Source: Carpediemonas membranifera BICM (lineage: Eukaryota; Protista; Fornicata). Taken from it: a DNA stretch of 64,000 nt. Both the position numbers and the translations under genes were made by a program. Numbering within the stretch: the first letter of the stretch is position 1; every line of letters begins with the position of its first letter. Below are positions 38,501 to 49,230 of this stretch, piece by piece. The DNA lies in assembly GCA_019828565.1 (NCBI GenBank), contig JAHDYR010000012.1, positions 1,178,001 through 1,242,000 of the forward strand, given 5' to 3'. The notes beneath the pieces were generated by a model. The model searched no databases and had not been told where the DNA came from. It saw nothing but the letters and a program-made list of their open reading frames with translations.

Positions 38501-41325
38501 CGGACGGCCCCCACGATGGCCATGGCGCCCCTGTCCATGGTGAACCTGGACCGGCGTGGGGTGAACCACTCGTCGGGCTCACTCGCGGCGGACGACGCGG
38601 CGTAGGAGGAGGGGACGATGGAGTTGGACGAGGCCTGGGGCAGCAGGGGCGCGGGGTCCTCCTCCAGCACGGTCTCGAGGGTGATTCCGAGCGGCTCGGT
38701 AGACTTGACGCGAGCCTTGAGGGGCGACGCGTCCCTCGACATTCGCCGGGCCTTGCTCCCCCTGCGGGTTTTCCTCCGCTTGGCTGCGACCCTCGACTGC
38801 GCGACAACGGCCTTGACCTCGGCCGAGGCCCGCGACCACTGCCGCACGCGGTGGCCATGGGCGATCAATGTGTTCAGATTGTCGAGGTCTCCGTCCTCGC
38901 AGGGGGGCTCCGGGGGTGGGCCCTCGTTCTTATGGACGAAGAGGACCGCGGCAGAGACGGCCTCCTGCACATCCATGCCGTGTGCCGCGTAGCTCTCCGC
39001 GGCGGCAGTAACGGCGTCCCAGTCAATCCTCAGTCGCCTGTGCTGGGACGCTGTGACGCCGAGGACGGCTTGGGGATCGACCATGGCAGCGGGCTCGGGC
39101 TGGGTCTGCTCGATGGCGAGATGGTCGCCGACGCCTGTGTCGAGGGCGAAGAGGTGGTTCTTGGCAGCCAAGTTCTGTCCCAGCTGCCGCACGGTGTACG
39201 CCAGGAGTCGCGCCTCATCCCTCTTGGCGCAGGCCTCCCTTGCCAGCGCCAGTCTGCGTTGGAAGTCGCGCTGCCGGGCGACGAGGGCGAGGTAGGACTG
39301 GTGGTCCGACACGCCCATGCCCAGGAACAGCTGACGGGCCTGCATCGTCCTCCGCTTCAGCCCGACGTTGACATAAACTGCGTCGTTGATGACGGGGCGG
39401 GGATGGTGGAAGTACGACATCCCGGTCAGGTCGTATTCGCCCGGCTCGATGTGCTCGAGTCGCAGGGAGAGGCTGGGGTCAGCCCACCCGAACTTGTGGG
39501 GCCCACCGTCCCGCTGATACGCCCTCTTCCGGCGGGCAAGGAAGATCACCGCCCGGACGACCGCGACCACATCGGCAGGCCCCCACCGGGCCCAGGCATG
39601 CGCCATCCGCTCCTCTAGCACTGCCCGGGGGAGTCCGCGGAGGGACGCCGCCGTCCGCTGCAGCACGCCGTCCGGCTCGGGCAGCCTTGTGTTCATGACC
39701 CGACTGGACGTCGCCAGGGGGTATACGGCGGCGTGGTACCGCGCCACGACGTCAGAGGTGGGTTCAACACCAGCAAACGTACGCGTGGCGGTGCCGTAGT
39801 TGCCCTGGAGCGCCTGGAAGACCGCCTTCTTCAGCATGTGTTCGCGGCTGTATTGCTTCGCCAGTACAAACGTCATGAACGCGCCACGCATGAGGGCAAA
39901 GTCTGACATGCCCCTGAGCGCCCGGCGACACGTCACGAGTGTGGTGTCGCCGCGGAGAAGGTGTATCGCGTGCAGGGCCACGGCGCGGTGTGATCTGATC
40001 CTGACAGCTGCGGCGACCGCGACTGTGTCGCGCTGGGAGTGGTATGCCCGCCACACGGCCCAACGGCCCCACAGTAGCGAGAAGCGGTGGAAGCGGGTTG
40101 CCTCGCTGGCCACAGTCACGCGGGCCTCCTGGAACTGCCGGTAGAAGCGCCACGAGTTGAAGGCGGGGAGGACCATTTGCCTAAACCTGCGCCTGTTGAC
40201 GACAGCGAGGACCAGGCGGCCGTAGTGCAGCTCAAGGAGGTGGCCCCGCCTCATAGTAAGGGCCCTGGTCTCATTAGCGTGCTCCGCCCGCATGTCTCGG
40301 ACGTACTGGTGCCAATACGATATGAAGAATTTCATGGGGAACACCCGTCCCAGCTGCCGCCGCTCGAGGTCCCGGACCTGGTATACCGGGGCCATGCGGC
40401 GCAGGAAAGCCGTCCAGTTGGCCAGGTTGTCCGGGAATATCGGGTGGGGCAGGCCCTTCCGACGACATGCCTTGAGTCTGGAGTAGCGATGCCACCGTTG
40501 CAGCATGCGGCGGCCCAGCCACCTATCAGTAGCCTCGGCCGCGACCCTGCTGTCCTTCTGCAGCCGCACAAAATCGCTCCAGGCATTCCATCCCTGGGCA
40601 ATGATCTCCCGCCGTTTCTGCCGCAGTAGCTCGCTCACAACCCGGGTGTGCCCGGCCTGTGCGCTGAGAGCGTCGAAGGCGGGCCTCAGCTGTGTAGTGC
40701 GGTGGTGGCTGACTGCAATTGACGCGCCGTACCAGGCCAGGAACATGTCGTGGAGGTACTCCCGCCGTATCCCGTCCCGCATATATCGCATGTTCGCAAT
40801 CAGACGCCGAAACCGATGGAAGCGGTATGTGCGCTGAATCAGTATGGCGCTGGGCTCAACGCGCTGCTGGAGCTTGTAGGACGCGAGCCACTCTCCGATG
40901 TCGCCCTCGTCCATCTCCCTCAGGAGCAGGTTGTTCATTGTCACAGACATCTGGCTCTCGACATAGCCCTCCAGCTGAGAGCGCACAGACTTATTTGAGA
41001 CATCGGACATGGAAGCCAGTGACGCCTTGCTGACGTCTGGGCGAAGAAATTCGGTGATGGCGGGAGTTGCGTGTTCCAAACGGCTCCGTTCGAAGTCTCG
41101 CTGGCGGGCGATGGTGCGTTCCTCGGCTTTTACGAAGAAATTGACTTCTTTCACGCCCGAATAGTATGATTCACGGTCAGAAACCTTGTTTGTTCCAAAT
41201 AATGTAGTATGCCTCGATTCCCAGAAGAGAGATCCTGCTCGTGGTGTTTGTTCTATGATATCATGCTCCCACGAATGAGAGCTGGTCTCAGGAGTGATCG
41301 GTTCGTTATTTTGCTCCTCGGCCAT
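35587..41325 (-). CDS. Sfi1-like/IQ-motif protein with long disordered C-terminus
   Basis: AILIQRTYR IQ motif; periodic Trp repeats (GWNAW, LQRWH, SYWHQY, AFNSWR) resembling Sfi1 centrin-binding repeats. Confidence 0.62.
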   Translation of the reverse strand: MAEEQNNEPITPETSSHSWEHDIIEQTPRAGSLFWESRHTTLFGTNKVSDRESYYSGVKEVNFFVKAEERTIARQRDFERSRLEHATPAITEFLRPDVSKASLASMSDVSNKSVRSQLEGYVESQMSVTMNNLLLREMDEGDIGEWLASYKLQQRVEPSAILIQRTYRFHRFRRLIANMRYMRDGIRREYLHDMFLAWYGASIAVSHHRTTQLRPAFDALSAQAGHTRVVSELLRQKRREIIAQGWNAWSDFVRLQKDSRVAAEATDRWLGRRMLQRWHRYSRLKACRRKGLPHPIFPDNLANWTAFLRRMAPVYQVRDLERRQLGRVFPMKFFISYWHQYVRDMRAEHANETRALTMRRGHLLELHYGRLVLAVVNRRRFRQMVLPAFNSWRFYRQFQEARVTVASEATRFHRFSLLWGRWAVWRAYHSQRDTVAVAAAVRIRSHRAVALHAIHLLRGDTTLVTCRRALRGMSDFALMRGAFMTFVLAKQYSREHMLKKAVFQALQGNYGTATRTFAGVEPTSDVVARYHAAVYPLATSSRVMNTRLPEPDGVLQRTAASLRGLPRAVLEERMAHAWARWGPADVVAVVRAVIFLARRKRAYQRDGGPHKFGWADPSLSLRLEHIEPGEYDLTGMSYFHHPRPVINDAVYVNVGLKRRTMQARQLFLGMGVSDHQSYLALVARQRDFQRRLALAREACAKRDEARLLAYTVRQLGQNLAAKNHLFALDTGVGDHLAIEQTQPEPAAMVDPQAVLGVTASQHRRLRIDWDAVTAAAESYAAHGMDVQEAVSAAVLFVHKNEGPPPEPPCEDGDLDNLNTLIAHGHRVRQWSRASAEVKAVVAQSRVAAKRRKTRRGSKARRMSRDASPLKARVKSTEPLGITLETVLEEDPAPLLPQASSNSIVPSSYAASSAASEPDEWFTPRRSRFTMDRGAMAIVGAVRAGEGRERGLVDTMPPRLDASAIIGLHKSPSATSLGSSPSASKLSQSHSRPAAVQTPSHTPTASAATPTRLVAAARLAGLMDSDPAKAPAQDDGSPCRNTDSVVSFNLPSSDASDTDEMILPDSGGASEVVDSRPDSPTMVDATGMAMPVYKKVRRRGRRSGKVRRAMSVGFAIPRLEIADTSAPSSAGTKPPIGPARRSSVSGDVRVPTLTQPKARGQSRARSGSLSLEIDTGLLDDDMSPRRRTKTESYTSLASIDEMKVSVSRSGSFVPGPLSHRSNKSNRSGRSTARSSSSGSSFVRHQHEMARRQQFNQFFEKVKDNQMIEMQSRTMVIDWSGQDPRRSDSQTSSQMEMDMSYLSLLPKSMGGTMGGEDDEFSGEDTPVVYTPRGDWQVDREAAAGQTEDELWTDLDLDADSRDEVSSPCQFSSASGFTSKNQSGELRFVQDLTQSRSRPSESSTPFTVTPTDSGVASSDRLDTVEDSTPALPKERVRMDVRSIQRRHQEQAKSEAASKRRARPGSQPRAKSPNKIPMPVVLVGRPDAPPSAGPIRMSEPPSTLDSVRQTSPASSSASSDADVRFSDTSDSELDERGPRFSAKAGNVNLRHESAGSRCSSPGRALGDVPHLSKSIPRLWDAPTTPRAGSGPDHPTRRCRDLSPDKGSSTALAPMGPQPIPVAVELPVIKMTPRSGTTPRNTIAAVRHDNTPHESRARLPVYTPELPPELFNIDNDGLVVKSPRSPIEFDPQSHVPRVGGGPSRWTKPVSHSPVLLSFGTVRNNPPPRITPRVEPRALPCEKPARYTPRGRPSPSPAVPARSTESTALLVHPEPDPQPTIVVTGKSQSAGPVSPLRSRPPARARPQTVETVAMAAALILDEPLPEVISGRALGRTKIKELEKPAVSRTRTGAMSALAARPRKIPGQGALRPLYVIPPVDRAQSAMELGRTREELKPLLSAWISVGDDVEISGLLGRV

Positions 41326-41558
41326 TCGTTTCGCCAGATTTGCGCACAATCGCTAGCAACGTGAATTCAGCCGTTTGAGTCACCTAGATGCTTGCTCGCC
41401 GACCCTCTGATCCCCAATTACCGGTTGCAGTAATTCCAGAAGCCAACTGGAAGGAGCAAATTCCTTACCACCTATGCGACAGCACCACGTGTGTCAATAT
41501 CAAGTGTCGTCTTTGGTCTCAACACACTAAACAACAAGTCAATAACCCTCGTACTCAT

Positions 41559-41981
41559 TTAGACGATGGTGCCGGCGGCAGAGGCAACACGGGGCCAGAG
41601 ATCGGCGCACTCCTTGGCGATGGGGCCAGCAACGGTGGAGCCCTTGAGCTCACCTCTGTTGTTGACGATCACGCCGGCGTTGTCCTCGAAGTAGATGAAG
41701 ACACCATCCTGGCGGCGCCAAGGCTTGCGCTGACGGACGACAACGATGGGGTGGATCTTCTTACGGAGATCGGGCTTGCCCTTCTTGACGGTAGCAATGG
41801 CGAAGGAGCCAACAGAAGCGGCGGGGTAGCGGTTAAGGCGGCCCTGAACACCATAGACGGCAATGATGTACAGGTTCTTGGCACCGGAGTTATCGCAGCA
41901 GTTGATGACCGCACCAGTGGGAAGACCAACGGTAAGACGAAGCTTGTTGCCAACAGCACCACCACGACCACGCTTGGACAT
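41559..41981 (-). CDS. RPL23: 60S ribosomal protein L23 (uL14)
   Basis: MSKRGRGG...CDNSGAKNL...[11 protein letters not shown]...[11 protein letters not shown]. Confidence 0.98.
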   Translation of the reverse strand: MSKRGRGGAVGNKLRLTVGLPTGAVINCCDNSGAKNLYIIAVYGVQGRLNRYPAASVGSFAIATVKKGKPDLRKKIHPIVVVRQRKPWRRQDGVFIYFEDNAGVIVNNRGELKGSTVAGPIAKECADLWPRVASAAGTIV

Positions 41982-42319
41982 GTCTCTTCTCGGCTGATAT
42001 TTTTTTCATGAAAAAAACTGGCAAGAAAAAATGTGGCGAGCCTTAACACGCACGAAGATGAAAACTATCATTCTGGGCGTTCGTTCGGGGCAGCCTAGTG
42101 GACGAATGAGCTTGATGTCTTTCTAATTGCCGTGATTTGAGTTGCAACCAGTGGGATGGCATGATGGGTGACTCGGCGCAATGAAAAAGAAAAGATCTTT
42201 ACTCGTCATTCTACCATGATCAGCATAGAGAGTGTTGTGCTGTGAGTGCGGTCTATTGACACCTTGCGGGCCAAGCATTGCAGAAGCAAAACAGACACAC
42301 AAAATCGCTCGTCTGCTTC

Positions 42320-42538
42320 TCAGTAGTGACCATTCGCGTCTATTGCCTTCAGCTTCGCAAGGATCTCGCGTTGCTTTGCTTTCATATCCTGTATCTCTTG
42401 GCAAACGGGCTTTCTCAAGTCGATTTTCTTCTTGGCAGCTGCTACCTCTTCATTGGGGGCAATGTATGCCGCATTACGCTCTACATAACCGCTTGTACCT
42501 GTTCCACGGACTGAGCGAAGCCCAACACCTCCGTACAT
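42320..42538 (-). CDS. CWC21: Minimal Cwc21/SRRM2 splicing factor (72 aa)
   Basis: MYGGVGLRSVRGTGTSGYVERN matches the conserved Cwc21 N-terminus. Confidence 0.85.
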   Translation of the reverse strand: MYGGVGLRSVRGTGTSGYVERNAAYIAPNEEVAAAKKKIDLRKPVCQEIQDMKAKQREILAKLKAIDANGHY

Positions 42539-42657
42539 CCGACAAGAAAACAATTGAGCACTATTCTGCACCGCATCAAGTGAGTCCCCTGAGAGCCAGC
42601 ATGTCATAACATCCGCTTCACCTCCGCGCTATCTAACACCTATACTGATAACCGCCA

Positions 42658-43146
42658 TCAGCCGTGCCAGTCGACGTGCTTGCTGGCCGTCCCGACGTCA
42701 TCGGTCATCGTCCCCGCGACGACACCCTGCGCCATGCCCGTCCCCGCGTCCTGGTAGAAGTTCGCCGTGACCTCCTCGTCGTAGACAGTATGCTGCGGGA
42801 CCTTGGCGGACGTCTCCTCGAATGAGGCGCATGCCTCAGAGTACACCTTCTTGGCTTCCTCCAGCTGTGCATTCAGACTCGCAATCCTCCTGGAACTGCT
42901 GTTCAGCTCACTATTCAGCCTATCGAACTCTCCCTCCTCCACATCAAGCTCGTTATTGTCGGAAATGAAGGCGGTGCGTTCAGTAGCAATGGACTGAAGG
43001 GAAAAAGCTTTCCAGCGCTCGAACTCACGCATCATATCCTCATATCTGGCCTTGGCCGCTGTTATCACCTGTTCGGCCATCCCGCCGTTCCAAGTCGACA
43101 AAACTGCGGACAACAGAGAGCGACCCTTTACTATGTCCAGTTCCAT
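42658..43146 (-). CDS. Coiled-coil protein with short C-terminal beta-rich domain
   Basis: Heptad-rich central region; alternative start at the MAEQ Met. Confidence 0.6.
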   Translation of the reverse strand: MELDIVKGRSLLSAVLSTWNGGMAEQVITAAKARYEDMMREFERWKAFSLQSIATERTAFISDNNELDVEEGEFDRLNSELNSSSRRIASLNAQLEEAKKVYSEACASFEETSAKVPQHTVYDEEVTANFYQDAGTGMAQGVVAGTMTDDVGTASKHVDWHG

Positions 43147-43161
43147 GCCCGCACGCCGGCC

Positions 43162-43877
43162 TCAGACCCAGACGCGCTCCGATTCGAGCTCGAGCTTGAG
43201 GGGTGCCGCCAGGTCCATCCACATGTCCAGCGTCATCGGCCCTGCTGTGTCCACGATCCGCTCGCACGCCTCGACGGCGGGCAGGAGGTGGTGGCCATGC
43301 GAGATCTTTGAGGCGTCCGCAGGTCCGTCGGCACAGACCTTCTCGCCAAAACTGAAGACGTCCTTTGCCACAGAGCTAATCAACTGATGGATGGACTGGG
43401 TAGCGACATCAGGGGCACCCGAGGAGTGGAGTGTGGCGGGTGCACAGACGAGGGAGCCCCGGAATGACGGCACAGCGTCGTCGATGTTCGCCAGGATGGT
43501 TACGTTGCCCACAACTGGCTTTTCCCCATGTGCCAGGGCATGGAGGGCTCTAGGAACGATCATGGCCTTACTGATCTCGCTCTCAACGATGCCAACGACA
43601 AACTTCTGGTCGACGATGATAACGCCGTTGAGTTCACGCGGAAGTGGAACCTTGAGGAAGTCTATGTGAGCTAAAGGGGGATAATTACGGTGTACAAACG
43701 CTCTGGATCAACCTTCTCGTTGGAAAGGATGTGGCCGATGAATATGACCCGGTTGATGAAGGGGATGTCCTCTCCTTCCTGCACCTGAATGAATCGCTCG
43801 TATATCGATGTCAATTTGTTCTCTGTTCTGCTGCTGCCATCTGGCTGGTTCGTTGTCGCCTCTGTTGTCTTCTCCAT
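43162..43877 (-). CDS. TEX47: TEX47/C7orf62 (DYBLUP/MOT7)-like ciliary protein; intron 43662-43699
   Basis: NRVIFIG, NGVIIV...GIVES, LLP, and C-terminal PLKLELESERVW similar to PIHITLDSEVVW. The 38-nt intron joins two ORFs in frame. Confidence 0.6.
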
Positions 43878-43927
43878 GCCGTTTTTGTATTTCGGTGCAG
43901 TTTAACCGATTTTCGCGAGAGCTGATA

Positions 43928-45244
43928 ATGGAAACGGCTGAGCAACTCGTTGAGCATCCCGAAACAATGCTTAAGTCTGAGCTTCTTAGCTCGCTTTCTG
44001 CAATGGGCGTCATCAATGACATGACTCCGAGGACAAAGAAGCAGCTCGTCGACATCTACAACGCAGAGAAGGAGAAAAGACGTACTGAGACAGTTATGAC
44101 ACCTGTACAAACACAAAAGACTGCCCGCAGCAAGCTTGCGGCGGTATCTCACGCTGAGCCCGCACGCACCCCCGAGCCTGTGAAGCCCCTGGAGCACTCG
44201 CTCAAGACGCCCGTCGCACGAGTGGCATACCCTCGTATGGTCATCAAGAGCGCCAAGTACGGCTACAAGGGCCAGGCTGGCAGCGACGAGGAGACCGACG
44301 ACGACTTCCCTGAGGTGCCCACCCGTTCCCGGCGCACCGGCATCGTGCTTGCCGTGGTCGTGGCCGTCATCGCCATCGCCGCCGCTGTTGCTGTGGTTGG
44401 GCCCGACACGCTGCCGTCTGTGTCCCTCCCCGGGCTCCCGGCCATTGCCCTCCCTTCCCCCATGGAGTATTACCGCGCCTACCAGAACAAGAAGATCGCT
44501 GACCGCAGAGATGCCTGTGTACGCCGTCTGATCCACCCCATCGTCGATGAGGTCAACCGGCTCGCTGGCCGTGAGCTGTGCAGTGGCGGCGATCCCCAAC
44601 CTGTCGAGCTCGCGGACGTCATGGCTCACCTGCCCGAGTCCCTCACCGCCTGTGCCGGAGACGAGGTCGCCGACATTCTCGACCAGCTCAAGGAGACTTC
44701 CGGCGTGTCTGTTTCCGGCACCGCCCTTCTTGCCTCCCACCCGCATGCGCCCCTCGGCTGCCGCGTCAAGTCCGCGATCGCCACCAACCCCCTCGTCGTT
44801 GCCGGCATCGGTGCATCCTCTGCCCTTGTCGTTGTTAGCTTCGTGGCGCTATCCCGCGCCTTGGCTCACCGCAAGGCTGTCCGCGGCGTGACAGACGACG
44901 TCCTCCAGTTCCTCAGGGATTACGCCCTCCAGATGGACAAGATCAACGCCAGAAGCATCACCCGCCGTGCCCTGCCCATCATCCACGTCCGCGACCAGCT
45001 CCGTGAGTACCGCGGCCGTCTCGACCAGGGCATCTGGGACGAGGTCGTGCGGCGGGTCGAGGCCGACTCGAGGATCAGCCACTTCTCGGCCACAGACGAG
45101 CACGGGGAGTACAACCTCTGCTGGGAGTGGCGTGGCGCCATTACTGATCGCGGTGAGGTCAAGTTCAGCTTCACGAGCCCCGCCATGGACGTTGGCATGA
45201 AGGAGGCCGATGCGCAGCCCACCCCGACACTCTATCAGTTGTAA
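43928..45244 (+). CDS. LEM/HeH inner nuclear membrane protein (Man1/Src1/LEM2 family)
   Basis: N-terminal HeH (LKSELLSSL...KKQLVDIY), two TM helices, MSC C-terminus (PIIHVRDQL...WDEVVRRVEADSRI...WEW). Confidence 0.85.
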   Translation: METAEQLVEHPETMLKSELLSSLSAMGVINDMTPRTKKQLVDIYNAEKEKRRTETVMTPVQTQKTARSKLAAVSHAEPARTPEPVKPLEHSLKTPVARVAYPRMVIKSAKYGYKGQAGSDEETDDDFPEVPTRSRRTGIVLAVVVAVIAIAAAVAVVGPDTLPSVSLPGLPAIALPSPMEYYRAYQNKKIADRRDACVRRLIHPIVDEVNRLAGRELCSGGDPQPVELADVMAHLPESLTACAGDEVADILDQLKETSGVSVSGTALLASHPHAPLGCRVKSAIATNPLVVAGIGASSALVVVSFVALSRALAHRKAVRGVTDDVLQFLRDYALQMDKINARSITRRALPIIHVRDQLREYRGRLDQGIWDEVVRRVEADSRISHFSATDEHGEYNLCWEWRGAITDRGEVKFSFTSPAMDVGMKEADAQPTPTLYQL

Positions 45245-45367
45245 ATGAATAAGGATCTCTCTTCCTAGCTGTTAGCATCCTTGACAGGATAGGTAACTAT
45301 ATACCCCTGGGCCCGCGATATTCGCCCGTGGATCTTTCCAGAGATCGTGCCAATCAATTTTTGAAAA

Positions 45368-46411
45368 ATGATGGAAATTCCACAGGGTCGTTGGATATCG
45401 CATCAGCCAAACGTCGCCGCAATGCAAGCATTATCACAGGTACCTATCCGGCCACGTATGAATGCGTATGATCAGTTTCAGCCACAAAAGCAAAGCCTAG
45501 CGCCCTTGAAAGAAGTGAAGGTCCGTTTCCCGGCGGAAAAGCCAGCGCTAAAGGCTGTTCCACTAGCGCCTGTTCATGAGAAGTCCACAGTTGTCAGCAG
45601 CCTCAACGCCGCTGTTCCAGACGTTGATCTCGGCGACGCTGGAAACCCGCTCGCAGTACCCGTCTACGTGAAGGAGATCTATGCGTACCTCAGGCAACGG
45701 GAGAAGAAGCCCGAGTATAGAGTACCCAGCGACTTCCTTGATCTTCAGCCTGAGATCGATAGCGAGATGCGTGCCGTCGTGGTTGACTGGATGAGTGAAG
45801 TCCACACCAAGTTCAAGCTCGCCAACGAATCGATCTTCCTAGCTGTTAACATCCTTGACAGGTTCCTCACCCGTAAGCAGGTGGCCAAGGACCGTCTCCA
45901 GCTCCTCGGCATCACGTCTCTTCTGCTGGCGTCCAAGTTCGAGGAATCCTACACGCCCTCAGTACGCTCGTTTGGTCGGGTAGCGAAAGACTTCTCGTCC
46001 CGCCAGATCCTCGCCATGGAGCGCATGCTGCTGCAGGTGACAGAGTTCAACCTGTCGGACCCCACGTCCCTCACCTTCCTCCGGCGATTTGCTAAGGTCG
46101 CCGAGCTCACCAACCGCGATAAGTACCTCGCCTTCTATCTTGCCGAGCTGGCCAACGCCAACGCTAAGATGGTCAACTTCCTTCCCTCTGAGATCGCGGC
46201 GGGGGCTCTGTTCCTGACACAGAAGATTGTCCGTGCCCCGGAGGTCTGGACGGGGACTATCGAGGCCTACAGCAAGTACAGCGCGGAGGACCTCAAGGAC
46301 GTCACCCTCTTCCTCAAGCGCTGTGTCTATGGGGCCAAGCAGCATCAGGGCATCGTCGGCAAGTACTCGGTGTCCCGGTACTACAAGGTCTCGACCATCC
46401 TCAACATGTAG
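45368..46411 (+). CDS. B-type cyclin
   Basis: YVKEIYAYL, MRAVVVDWMSEVHTKF, LQLLGITSLLLASKFEE cyclin box. Confidence 0.92.
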   Translation: MMEIPQGRWISHQPNVAAMQALSQVPIRPRMNAYDQFQPQKQSLAPLKEVKVRFPAEKPALKAVPLAPVHEKSTVVSSLNAAVPDVDLGDAGNPLAVPVYVKEIYAYLRQREKKPEYRVPSDFLDLQPEIDSEMRAVVVDWMSEVHTKFKLANESIFLAVNILDRFLTRKQVAKDRLQLLGITSLLLASKFEESYTPSVRSFGRVAKDFSSRQILAMERMLLQVTEFNLSDPTSLTFLRRFAKVAELTNRDKYLAFYLAELANANAKMVNFLPSEIAAGALFLTQKIVRAPEVWTGTIEAYSKYSAEDLKDVTLFLKRCVYGAKQHQGIVGKYSVSRYYKVSTILNM

Positions 46412-46534
46412 CCGGCGGGATGTACCCGCTAGCCAGTAAATCTCTCCCTTAAATTATCAATTTATGGACGAGGCTGCCAGCCTCCATCCTTGCCTCGACA
46501 GCAACAACGTCAGCATAACCGGGACCTACACGCC

Positions 46535-47255
46535 CTACACACCCACCTCGTAGCTCATCTGAACCGCGCCCAGCTTCCTGCGGCGACCGACACTGGCGCC
46601 CTTCAGGACCCGGATGCTCATCGCCGGGCTGGCAGTTTCACTGCGCGCCACCTCATTCACGGATGACGCCAGTGACGGGAGGTCGTCTGCGGAGCTCGGT
46701 TCGGTACGGGCCAGGCGGGGCTGGTCGGCAGGCTCAAGGTTGGCCGAGCGGGCCAGGAGCTCCTCGTTGGTGGGCTCTGATGGCGGCGTGGGGATGTTGG
46801 TTGGCGGAGAAACCATTTCGGGCTCGGGCTCGGGGGTGGGCGCGTCGTTCGCCACGGCCTGCTCGAGCTCGGCCTTGTAGGTCATCGCGGACCCCGTCGC
46901 ATAGCGGCTCTGGATGGTAGCCAGGCCGAGTGGGACACCGCCGTTCTTGAGGTGAGTCGTCAGACGGCGGTGGCCGCCGTGTTGCATGAAGAGGATCTCG
47001 CTCGGGGTCCAGAAATCGAGAGTAATGGACTTCACAAAGGAAATATGGACGCCAAGACCTCTGTGAATGCCCGCACAAGAGTCACAGATGAAGATACCAA
47101 ATGTTCTTGACGCAAAGAGCGGATTCGCCGATCCACACTCGAAGCATGCGTTCTGTGTGAGATAAACAGCTACAAACGAGCATACAAACCTTGTTCTTCC
47201 TTCTAAGCTCCAAAAGCTGCTGCCTAGCGTCAGTTCCTCTGTCAACTCCTCCCAT
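46535..47255 (-). CDS. ArfGAP; intron 47153-47189
   Basis: MGGVDR...RKNK|[11 protein letters not shown]...[22 protein letters not shown]. Confidence 0.92.
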
Positions 47256-47342
47256 CGTCCTTCAACCCTGATGGGTTACAGGCAATTTGACGAGTTCAAC
47301 CAAAAACGGCGAAAAGGCCCATTTATCGCCAGCTATGCTATA

Positions 47343-49230
47343 CTACAACCCGAAAACCCGTCTGAGCGTGGGCTCGTCCAGGATCAGCTTGCTGACCCCG
47401 GGATCCAAGTTCTCAACGCCACGCAGCCGGTCACAGGCGGCCAGACAACGCATCATAAAGCTTGACTCAACCTGACTCTGCAGCGAAAGCCGCAGTTTAG
47501 AGTCCTGGACGCGAGAGAGGACGGGGTAGTTGAAGCCGGTGGTCAGGACCGCGCGGACAGCCTGCAGTGCGTCTGCGGCCACCACGTTGAGCCCTGTGAA
47601 CGTACCAGTGTTCATGGCGTTCTCCAGCTCCACGAGATTCGTAGCAGCAAGCATGGCCGCGAGCTCGTCCCCCACGACGATATCTGCGAACGTGGCCCGT
47701 TGCTCCTCGAGCAGGGCGACGACGTGGTCGAGCGGGGCGTAGTGGAGGTCGACCCCCCGCACCCCCTGCCCCACCACGGCCTCCATGGCGGCGATGGCGT
47801 TGAGCATGAGCAGGGCTGAGACGGTGGGGTCCCTCCCGCTGCTGTGGAGCGACGCGTGGCGGAGCAGGGCGTTGCTGTACTGCGAGAGGGCCAGACCCAC
47901 GCCGCGGGCATCGTCCGCCTCGTGTAGCCCGGGCCCCAGTGTGTTTTTGACGGTTTCAAACATGGCGGGGAGCAGTTTTAGGCCCGAGTCGAATCGGACC
48001 GAGGGCTGATGAAGACGGTGGGTCAGCTTGGACTGCTTCTCGGGCAGCGGGAGCTTCACCTTGACGAGTGCATCGAACTTCTCGATGCATGTCGAAGATA
48101 TCGCGGCGCACATCTGGGTCAATGCCTTTGAATCCCGGGCTAGGATCCTACCGAGACAGCCCACGCCGGACACCTGCTGTATCGCCGCAGCATTGGCCTC
48201 AGCAACGTTCAGCGGCAGGGCCTCCGCCAGTGCAATGCATTCGAACACTGCGAGGATGCTTTCCGTCCTCTCAAGCAGCTCGATGCAGCGGGGTTGGATG
48301 TGGGCCGTCAGGGCATGGCGGGGTATTTCCTCGAGGCACTCCATGGTGGTCTCGAACATCTGGTCCACCTCGGTCTCGGTGACGTCGGGCGGCAGCATCG
48401 TCGTCGTGACGAACTTCGCCTCAGACACCAAGGAGGCGTGCAGCCAGGTAAAGACGGCCACGATGGTCGCTAGATGGCCCTCCTGTATGTCATTGGCGCA
48501 GGCCATGGAGAACGCTGTCTCCCGCGACCGGGCGATAGAGCTGGAGGCCAGACGACATGTGACCGGAGCCGACGCCACCAGGAGCGTCATCACACGGGCG
48601 ATGAGCGGCGACACGGCCGTATCCTGCTTCGTGGCGATGCTAACAGCCGTTGACACCTCGCGCTGGACTGCCTCGAACAGTCGCTGGCGGTGTAGGTCGC
48701 ACGACCGCGCCACATGCTCACCGGCCTCACAGTAGTCGGTTGCCGTCAGCATCTCCGTGGAGACCTGCTTGATCTCGTCCAGCCGCCTTATCAGGGGTAT
48801 GACGGCCTCTGTGAGCCGGCCTGACACAATCACTGCACTCTCCTCATCCGTCAGACTCAACTTCGTAATATAGTCTGAGAGAAGCTGCCTGTGCTCCTTC
48901 AATGCCGTCTGCTCGTCGACTAGGGCGCGGTATGACATGACCGTGGGCCTGAGCGTCGTCTTGAGAGCAGCGGCTGAGGCATTGACGCGACTGAGGTTCG
49001 CCTTGAGCTGAGTGAGCTCAGCGCGAAGAGAACGGCACTTATTCTCAATGGTATGGATGGAATCGCCGAGACTGCCGAGGATTCCCTCCTCCATCGCCAC
49101 AACTGGCCCAAAGTCCTCCTTAGAGGCGCTCTTGTCCTTCACTGCTTCGGGGTTCTCGCGAAGATATTCCGCTATCCTGTATAAGCAAGTGTATATGTCC
49201 ATACAGTGAGGAGACAGCGTAGTCGGTCAT
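47343..49230 (-). CDS. COG6: Conserved oligomeric Golgi complex subunit 6-like; intron 49177-49204
   Basis: LLSDYITKLSLTDEE and FTWLHASLVSEAKF resemble COG6 motifs; N-terminal coiled coil. Confidence 0.65.
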
